From the IMG/VR virus record IMGVR_UViG_3300048881_000780: DNA of 64,000 nucleotides, one strand, 5' to 3'. The position numbers were made by a program, and so were the translations under genes. Below the pieces are notes generated by a model. It worked only from the letters and a program-made list of their open reading frames with translations, did not search any database and was not told where the DNA came from. Within the stretch, counting starts at the first letter, position 1; every line of letters starts with the position of its first letter. Origin of the DNA: a virus. Taxonomy: Duplodnaviria; Caudoviricetes. This document shows, piece by piece, positions 58,178-64,000 of this stretch.

Positions 58178-58492
58178 ATGAAATTTGAAATTACAGATAT
58201 CGAGAACTTTCTAAGTAACCAAAAATTCAACAAGAAAGATGACAATTTCTTCTTTAAGGGAGAGTTAAGCGGATATCTCATTAAGGTAGAAATTTTAAAT
58301 AATCTAATATCAGTGCAATTCAACCTAAGAGAACATGAGTTTTCAAAAACTTATAACTTAAATGATGCTAAATCTATTAGAAACTTCTATATTAACACTA
58401 CAGAAGTCGTTAGAATGTCTCATGTAATAGAAGGATCATTTACTACTATGGCAAATGCTATTTTTTCAATTGAAGATATCTTAAGGAAGTAA
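58178..58492 (+). CDS. Hypothetical protein
   Basis: 104 aa with AGGAG SD. Confidence 0.7.
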   Translation: MKFEITDIENFLSNQKFNKKDDNFFFKGELSGYLIKVEILNNLISVQFNLREHEFSKTYNLNDAKSIRNFYINTTEVVRMSHVIEGSFTTMANAIFSIEDILRK

Positions 58493-58493
58493 A

Positions 58494-58518
58494 AAATGGC
58501 CTCAGAGAGAGGCCATTT
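58494..58518. terminator. Bidirectional terminator
   Basis: AAATGGCCTC-AGAGA-GAGGCCATTT between convergent genes. Confidence 0.85.
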
Positions 58519-58525
58519 ATAGATT

Positions 58526-59122
58526 CTAAGCTCTTAATTCGTTAAATATACTAGTTAGGACTTTATAACTTAAGTTAACGTCATATTCTTCCATCAGAAG
58601 GCCAGGCTCATATCTTACGACTCCTACAACGGCCTTAACAATGCGATCTTCCGCATCTTGAGTAAGCGTAACTCCAGCTAGCTCAAAAATATCAGAAAAG
58701 TACTCTCTTCTAAAAGTTGTCTCGTAATCATGTAGGTTAATATTTTCAGAGATGATTCGCTCCCTTCCCACTACTCGAGAAAGAACTTCAATACTTAGCT
58801 CATCAACACTTCTATCTCTATTCTTAGATGGAACGACTACTCTACCCTTTACTGGCATTACTCTTTTTGAACTATTGGCCACAGGAAGCTTAACTCCGTC
58901 CTCTGGCTTAACTCTTGGGTCAATTGTCCCCATAGCAGACGCTTTTCTTAATTTGTTGAATTTTTCACTCTTATCTACTGAAAGACATTTAGTCTTACCT
59001 GTTAGTAGCTTATGAATTCCCGTATGGTGAAAACCTAGGTGTCTAGCAACCATAGCTCCTGAAACATCATACTCATTCATAAATGCTTTAATTTCTTCTT
59101 TTGTTGTTCTTGGTGTTTCCAT
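58526..59122 (-). CDS. XRE/Cro-like HTH protein, candidate global regulator
   Basis: EIKAFMNEYDVSGAMVARHLGFHHTGIHKLLTGK; operator copy upstream. Confidence 0.65.
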   Translation of the reverse strand: METPRTTKEEIKAFMNEYDVSGAMVARHLGFHHTGIHKLLTGKTKCLSVDKSEKFNKLRKASAMGTIDPRVKPEDGVKLPVANSSKRVMPVKGRVVVPSKNRDRSVDELSIEVLSRVVGRERIISENINLHDYETTFRREYFSDIFELAGVTLTQDAEDRIVKAVVGVVRYEPGLLMEEYDVNLSYKVLTSIFNELRA

Positions 59123-59168
59123 TGTTTTCTCCGTTAAGTGTGTGTTATATTTAATGTGTATTTAAATA

Positions 59169-59185
59169 ATAACACCTTGCGTTAA
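59169..59185. promoter_or_regulatory. 17-bp palindromic operator copy
   Basis: ATAACACCTTGCGTTAA upstream of the HTH gene. Confidence 0.75.
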
Positions 59186-59204
59186 CTTTGCCAACAACAG
59201 GAAA

Positions 59205-61448
59205 TTATTTCAGATAAAAACCTTCATTATCTGTGTAATTTAAGGTCATTACATCACTTAATTTCGCACTTTCTTCCATTTTTGAAATAATTGCTTCACT
59301 TAGAACACGAGAGACCGCCTTTTCAATATCGCGCCCCCCATAGTTGATAAAATTACTACTCTTTAAAATCTCATCTACTGCAATATCTGTTGGATTAATC
59401 TGCCATTTACCATTAGTTAATTTCTTAATTTTTGAAAATAGAATCTCTCTGGCCACATCTTCATCAATACCATTAAAGTAAACAATCTTATCGATTCTAC
59501 CCATGACTTCAGGTTTAAAGTACTTGTAAATCTCAGAGCTATCTACCTCGTGAGAGCTCTTTTCTTTATTTTCTGCAAGAGATATAGAGTTTCTCTTCTT
59601 TTTACCTGTTCCTAAATTTGTAGTTAGAAAAACCATACAATTAGAAAAATCTGTAACCTTTCCTGTTGAACTTGTTAGTCTGGCCGATCCTAAAATCTGT
59701 AATAGTATATTTTGAAAGTCTGGATGGGCCTTTTCTACTTCATCAAATAAAATAATGGATCTTGGGTGTTTTTCTATTTCATTAGTTAGAATACCACCCT
59801 GATCAAATCCTGCGTAACCTGGAGGAGCACCAATTAACTTGGATATACTGTGTTTTTCCTCATATTCTGATAAATCAAATCTTACGAAATGAAAATCATC
59901 CATTTTTGATAATTCTAATACTGTGGCAGTTTTACCAACCCCTGATTTTCCTGCAAGAATAAAATTACCCAAAGTTGTATTTTCAACGTCACCAAGACCA
60001 ACTTCTTTAACCATTATGGACTTAGTTATCTCATCAATATTTAGATCTTGACCTTTTATTACATCTTTTAAATGATTTGAACGTAAATCTCTTTTCTCGC
60101 TAAGTGAAAGGTTGTGGTCTTTTATTTTCTTGTTAGAAAGTTTTTCAATACAAGAGTTTATATGCTCAATCTGAACTGCTTCTTCATTTTTTAATTTTGC
60201 CATAGCGAAACTATTATCTAATACATCAATAGCAACATCTGGCATCACTCTATCTAAAAAGTATTTTGGAGTGGTTTTAATTATATATTCAATATTTTCA
60301 TCTGAGCATTTAAGGGAGTGAAAGTTAGATAAATCTGTACTTCTATCATTAATAATATTCTTTACCACACTTTCACCCGGTGGATTTAGACTAAGCATAG
60401 AGAAACGCCTTTTAAACGCCTCGTCTTTATTAAAGTGCTTTAGATACTCATCTTCCGTCGTACATCCAATAATGATCAAATCACTCTCTTTTAAATGCGG
60501 TTTAAATAAATCCATTAAAGGTGGTGAATTAACTCCCCCTACAGAAGTAAGTGAGTGAATCTCATCAATAAAGAGAATGATCTTTCCATGAGTCTTAGTC
60601 ATTTCATTTAATTCTTTAAATAATGACTCTACTCTACCTTCAATTTCACCTCTCATCATAGTTCCGGCCATAAATGAGGCCATACTAAATTCAAATATTT
60701 TAGTATTAGCATCAAGACTTGTTTTAGAATCTCTCACTTTATTAAAGAATCCATAACAAAAACTAGTCTTACCAATTCCCGCTTGACCAACCACAATCGC
60801 GTTTTTCTTATATTTTCTAAGGCAGATAAACTCAAGTTCACTCTCCTCTTCCCTAGAAGTAAATTCTTGATGTCTAGTGTACTCTGTTAGAAACGACAAT
60901 TTCTTATCACTTTTTTCTTGAGCATCTCCACTATTTGAGCTTTTATTGACCCTCTTATTAAGTTCAATTGCCAATTGATTCGCTCTATCTAGAACTTTTT
61001 TATTATTTAATAAACGACCAAGAACAGTCATATCGCTAATAAGTCTTGCATGAGTGGCAACTGATATAATATTAATATTTTTTGGATCACCAAATTTAAG
61101 AATTGTATTCATTAAATAAGAGGACTCTGTATTCATAGAAGCGATATACTTCATACCTTTCTCTTTTCTTAAACTATCTGGATAGACAGGGTCACTCTTA
61201 GTGGCCTCAATCTTAGCTTCCATTTCTTCTAACGTAAGAATCTTCTTAGCTGAGTTTTCAATTCTTTCTTGAATAATTTTTCTAACACTAGTCAGATCAA
61301 CACCCGTTAATAGATAATCTTGAACAAAGGCACTCTCTAAAAAGGCCATGCCTATTACATCTATATCAATATTTGCAAAATAGTACTTATTGCAAATTTC
61401 ATGGGATCTTACTAGTAGGTCATAAATTGTTGTAATATCTTTTCTCAT
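59205..61448 (-). CDS. ClpA/B-family AAA+ ATPase with two NBDs and no M-domain
   Basis: GQAGIGKT, LFIDEIH, AFKRRF; GKSGVGKT, LIGAPPGYAG, FDEVEKAH. Confidence 0.92.
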   Translation of the reverse strand: MRKDITTIYDLLVRSHEICNKYYFANIDIDVIGMAFLESAFVQDYLLTGVDLTSVRKIIQERIENSAKKILTLEEMEAKIEATKSDPVYPDSLRKEKGMKYIASMNTESSYLMNTILKFGDPKNINIISVATHARLISDMTVLGRLLNNKKVLDRANQLAIELNKRVNKSSNSGDAQEKSDKKLSFLTEYTRHQEFTSREEESELEFICLRKYKKNAIVVGQAGIGKTSFCYGFFNKVRDSKTSLDANTKIFEFSMASFMAGTMMRGEIEGRVESLFKELNEMTKTHGKIILFIDEIHSLTSVGGVNSPPLMDLFKPHLKESDLIIIGCTTEDEYLKHFNKDEAFKRRFSMLSLNPPGESVVKNIINDRSTDLSNFHSLKCSDENIEYIIKTTPKYFLDRVMPDVAIDVLDNSFAMAKLKNEEAVQIEHINSCIEKLSNKKIKDHNLSLSEKRDLRSNHLKDVIKGQDLNIDEITKSIMVKEVGLGDVENTTLGNFILAGKSGVGKTATVLELSKMDDFHFVRFDLSEYEEKHSISKLIGAPPGYAGFDQGGILTNEIEKHPRSIILFDEVEKAHPDFQNILLQILGSARLTSSTGKVTDFSNCMVFLTTNLGTGKKKRNSISLAENKEKSSHEVDSSEIYKYFKPEVMGRIDKIVYFNGIDEDVAREILFSKIKKLTNGKWQINPTDIAVDEILKSSNFINYGGRDIEKAVSRVLSEAIISKMEESAKLSDVMTLNYTDNEGFYLK

Positions 61449-61643
61449 ACCCCTATTTTAAAAATCCAAGAGTGGGAATATTAAAAAATTAAAACGTAAA
61501 GCACTGATAATTCATAATATAAAAATTATTTTTTTTAAAATAAAGGCCAAAACTCTCTCTATTGAGTCCCAAAGACAACAATGGAGAGTTTTATGAAATT
61601 GAAAATTAACGTAGTGATCAAAGTGACAATTAGAGTTGAGGTG

Positions 61644-61883
61644 CTAATCTCTATCTTCTTTGTGCATTTGGTAGAACTCTTCTCTATCCTCATTAGTTAG
61701 AGGGTGAGAACCTTTGTCAATATTTAGCAATTGGGTATAGAACTCTAAACAAGTTAATATGCGTGAGTGCTCTGGTTTAGATGAGTCTAGTTGATGATCC
61801 AGAAGTTCTCTTATATGAGATTCATCTACTTTACTTATCTTCGCATACATTTTTATGAATTTGTTTTTTTGAGACTTATTCAT
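61644..61883 (-). CDS. Hypothetical protein
   Basis: 79-aa ORF. Confidence 0.5.
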   Translation of the reverse strand: MNKSQKNKFIKMYAKISKVDESHIRELLDHQLDSSKPEHSRILTCLEFYTQLLNIDKGSHPLTNEDREEFYQMHKEDRD

Positions 61884-61900
61884 GATTAAGAAAGATATAT

Positions 61901-61927
61901 AAAGGGGATAATTTTGTTATCCCCTTT
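61901..61927 (-). terminator. Terminator after ssb
   Basis: AAAGGGGATAA-TTTTG-TTATCCCCTTT. Confidence 0.85.
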
Positions 61928-61939
61928 TAACTATTTAAG

Positions 61940-62374
61940 TTACCAATCTACTGGGCCATTACCACCTTCATCTTGAGCTGGCATATCAGAAGAATAATCT
62001 GGTGCCTGCTCTGGTGCTTGAGAATTAGACTTTTCACCATTAGCACTTGCCCCACTAAGAAATTGGATATTTCTAGCGTTTATTTCAGTGGTATATCTCT
62101 TACTTCCATCTTGACCTTCCCAAGATCTAGTTTGCAAAGACCCCTCGACAAAGGCCTGTTTTCCTTTACTTAAATATTGATTACAAAGCTCTGCAAGCTT
62201 TCCCCAAACAACCACTCTGTGCCATTCCGTCTTTTCTTGCTTTTGACCACTTTTATCGGCCCAAGATTCACTCGTAGCTAGGGAGAAATTACAAACCGCC
62301 GCACCAGATGGTGTGTACTTAAGTTCAGGGTCAGTTCCCAGTCTTCCTAGAATCATTACTTTATTTACAGACAT
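61940..62374 (-). CDS. ssb: Single-stranded DNA-binding protein
   Basis: [32 protein letters not shown]; acidic tail ending VDW rather than IPF. Confidence 0.97.
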   Translation of the reverse strand: MSVNKVMILGRLGTDPELKYTPSGAAVCNFSLATSESWADKSGQKQEKTEWHRVVVWGKLAELCNQYLSKGKQAFVEGSLQTRSWEGQDGSKRYTTEINARNIQFLSGASANGEKSNSQAPEQAPDYSSDMPAQDEGGNGPVDW

Positions 62375-62472
62375 TTAGATACTCCTTGATAACGGGTACA
62401 ACTTGAGAAACCCGCTAAATTAATATTGTGTCTATTAGATTATAACACAATTGTCACATTATACATAATTAT

Positions 62473-62489
62473 TTAACACATTTCGTTAA
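62473..62489. promoter_or_regulatory. 17-bp palindromic operator copy
   Basis: TTAACACATTTCGTTAA upstream of ssb. Confidence 0.7.
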
Positions 62490-62497
62490 CATCTACA

Positions 62498-62863
62498 CTA
62501 ACCAAGAGTTAGAATAAAGTCAGTAATATCTTTCCAGGCCCCGTCTCCTTCCTCAAAACGAATCCCTTTATCGTCAATATAGAAGAGGGCCACCACCTTA
62601 CCTTGGGAGCCATCATCGATAGCGTCATATGGAAAATCTACACTATCTAAGAATTTAACCATCTCATCGTGTTTCTCCCTCGGGGTAAATTTATTACTGC
62701 GACAACTAGAAACAATGATATAAAACTTCTCTCTAAGTCTCTTTACTTGTTCAACGACTCCATCTTGAAGCTCTCCAATTAACGGGTAGCCTTGAGTAAC
62801 AATCGTGCCATCAAAGTCAATTACAATCGGGAATTTACCTTCAATCTTATCGCTCTCATCCAT
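62498..62863 (-). CDS. Small HAD-superfamily phosphatase (phage-like)
   Basis: IDFDGTI, SSCR, YIDDK. Confidence 0.85.
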   Translation of the reverse strand: MDESDKIEGKFPIVIDFDGTIVTQGYPLIGELQDGVVEQVKRLREKFYIIVSSCRSNKFTPREKHDEMVKFLDSVDFPYDAIDDGSQGKVVALFYIDDKGIRFEEGDGAWKDITDFILTLG

Positions 62864-62953
62864 AAATCACTCCAGTTAATTTGTTAAGACTGTTTATATT
62901 TTACCACCTAACTAAGTACTTAATCGAGTGCGAGATACAACTCTTCATAATCT

Positions 62954-63001
62954 TTACGCAATCCTGTGTAATATTTTTAAATTTTACGCAAGTTTGCGTA
63001 A
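62954..63001. repeat. Two TTACGCAA-N2-TTGCGTAA palindromes, 30 bp apart
   Basis: Perfect at 62984-63001; imperfect at 62954-62971. Confidence 0.7.
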
Positions 63002-63061
63002 TTTAAATCTAGAGATAAATAGTACTTATAAGTACGTATAATAATATTAAGGAATATATTT

Positions 63062-63391
63062 ATGACTAACTACTTAGAAGAGATACTTTATTTAACTAGA
63101 TCATTGATTTTAAAAGATCGAAAAAGAAGTGATTATCTATCTAAATTTTCTTCCTTTCACTTTTACAGTTGTGATATTTGCAAAGGGTCAAATCAACCAT
63201 ATATGTTAAAGGATAAACTCTTTAAAGAAGTTATAAATTATTACCAAGAGAAAGACACTTCTATGATCTGCTTAAATTGTGTAGAAAAATCCATTGATAG
63301 AAATTTGAGATACCGAGACTTTAATATATCTAGAATAAATAGAGAGAATGGTTTAGATAAATTGAGATACCTGAAAGAATATAAAAGATGA
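63062..63391 (+). CDS. CxxC-CxxC hypothetical protein (phage-like)
   Basis: CDIC...YMLKD...ICLNCVEKSIDRNL...DF. Confidence 0.65.
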   Translation: MTNYLEEILYLTRSLILKDRKRSDYLSKFSSFHFYSCDICKGSNQPYMLKDKLFKEVINYYQEKDTSMICLNCVEKSIDRNLRYRDFNISRINRENGLDKLRYLKEYKR

Positions 63392-63482
63392 TAACCCTCT
63401 CAAATCTCTTATATTAAAATTAACAAAAAAATGTGCAATCCCTGTTTTTCACAAAAAAATGTGAAACCCAGACTAGAAATTC

Positions 63483-63956
63483 TCAGTTTAATTCTAAGAT
63501 ATCACCACTTATATACATATCTAATACTCTTCTAATTGTAGCGAGAGCAAACTGACTATGCAGAGGATTTTCTCTAGTGAGCTCTAAAGCTGAATTACCC
63601 TTAAAAATATTTCTTTTTACGTGTAACCAATTACCTATTACTTCTGGATTCCTCGAGTAAATAGTATTTAAATTTCTAACTATTCCTAAGATGATGGACA
63701 CTCGACGAAATAAATCCCACGTTTGCCCAATCGTTTGCATACGCGCCCATTCCTTAATTTGTTTAGAATCTTTTTGACCAAGAATGACCACTTGATCATC
63801 TAGATTAATATTTAGATCCTCACAAACCTTAAAGAAATTCTTCCCAAGAAGATTTGCAGACTCAGAATCTAGGGATGGAGTAAAATCATTATTCATCATG
63901 TAAATACCTCTATCTATATTATATATTGTTTTAAACTTTATCCCCCTCTGAGACAA
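63483..63956 (-). CDS. Xre/MbcA/ParS-family antitoxin (orphan)
   Basis: FFKVCEDLNI...ILG, RVSIILGI..L..IY, NWLHVKRNIFKGNSALEL, IRRVLD. True start probably at MMNNDF. Confidence 0.75.
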   Translation of the reverse strand: MSQRGIKFKTIYNIDRGIYMMNNDFTPSLDSESANLLGKNFFKVCEDLNINLDDQVVILGQKDSKQIKEWARMQTIGQTWDLFRRVSIILGIVRNLNTIYSRNPEVIGNWLHVKRNIFKGNSALELTRENPLHSQFALATIRRVLDMYISGDILELN

Positions 63957-64000
63957 CTGAAAGAAGTGATCAGAGTATTTTCACTGTCTATATATTTATC

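Noticed and set aside
4305-62173. Other short nested or antisense ORFs (4305, 5477, 7725, 13015, 18623, 22666, 28464, 32016, 32242, 33657, 39224, 42675, 44607, 50237, 51743, 56446, 58099, 58752, 61973)
   Set aside because: They lie within or opposite better-supported genes and show no motifs.
858-62489. 17-bp palindrome as a known LexA box
   Set aside because: It does not match the LexA consensus sequences I know (CTGT-N8-ACAG, GAAC-N4-GTTC, TTAC-N3-GTAA). A host regulator cannot be excluded.
1-64000. Prophage or jumbo phage
   Set aside because: No terminase, portal, capsid, tail or integrase recognised, while T4SS, pilus and TA genes are present. The rest of the contig is unseen.

Overview
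AT-rich (roughly 30-33% GC by eye) 64-kb segment that reads as part of a large conjugative plasmid or ICE-like element. The SSB sequence, the HExxH lipoprotein and the overall composition suggest a Bdellovibrionota (Bacteriovoracaceae-like) host; this is inference only. The window carries: (i) a dispersed, divergent type IV secretion system (VirB2-, B3-, B4-, extended B6- and B8-like genes, two large paralogous secreted proteins at VirB5 positions, and an FtsK-type ATPase); (ii) a chaperone-usher-type pilus (usher, chaperone, four pilin paralogues in two pairs flanking a Clp-like ATPase and a subtilisin); (iii) a phage-like DNA metabolism set (T5 A1-like metallophosphoesterase, RecD2 plus a minimal family-A polymerase, RecJ, RdgC-like, SNF2, RuvC, RecE-like PD-(D/E)XK nuclease, SSB, guanylate kinase, apparently inactive DnaQ-like protein); and (iv) AbiE and HigBA-type toxin-antitoxin pairs plus three orphan antitoxins. 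The strongest signal not explained by the ORF track is a 17-bp palindrome, WTAACRC-N3-GYGTTAW, found in 14 intergenic regions. It often overlaps -10 boxes and lies upstream of most DNA-processing genes and of an XRE-type HTH gene, suggesting an element-encoded global regulon. Other signals are an IHF-site/TGAACA-box array (origin or partition candidate), many apparently leaderless genes, a candidate anti-SD sRNA and a hairpin-locked small ORF. I saw no rRNA, tRNA, CRISPR, capsid/terminase, transposase or relaxase. All family calls come from motif recognition by eye, not database searches.
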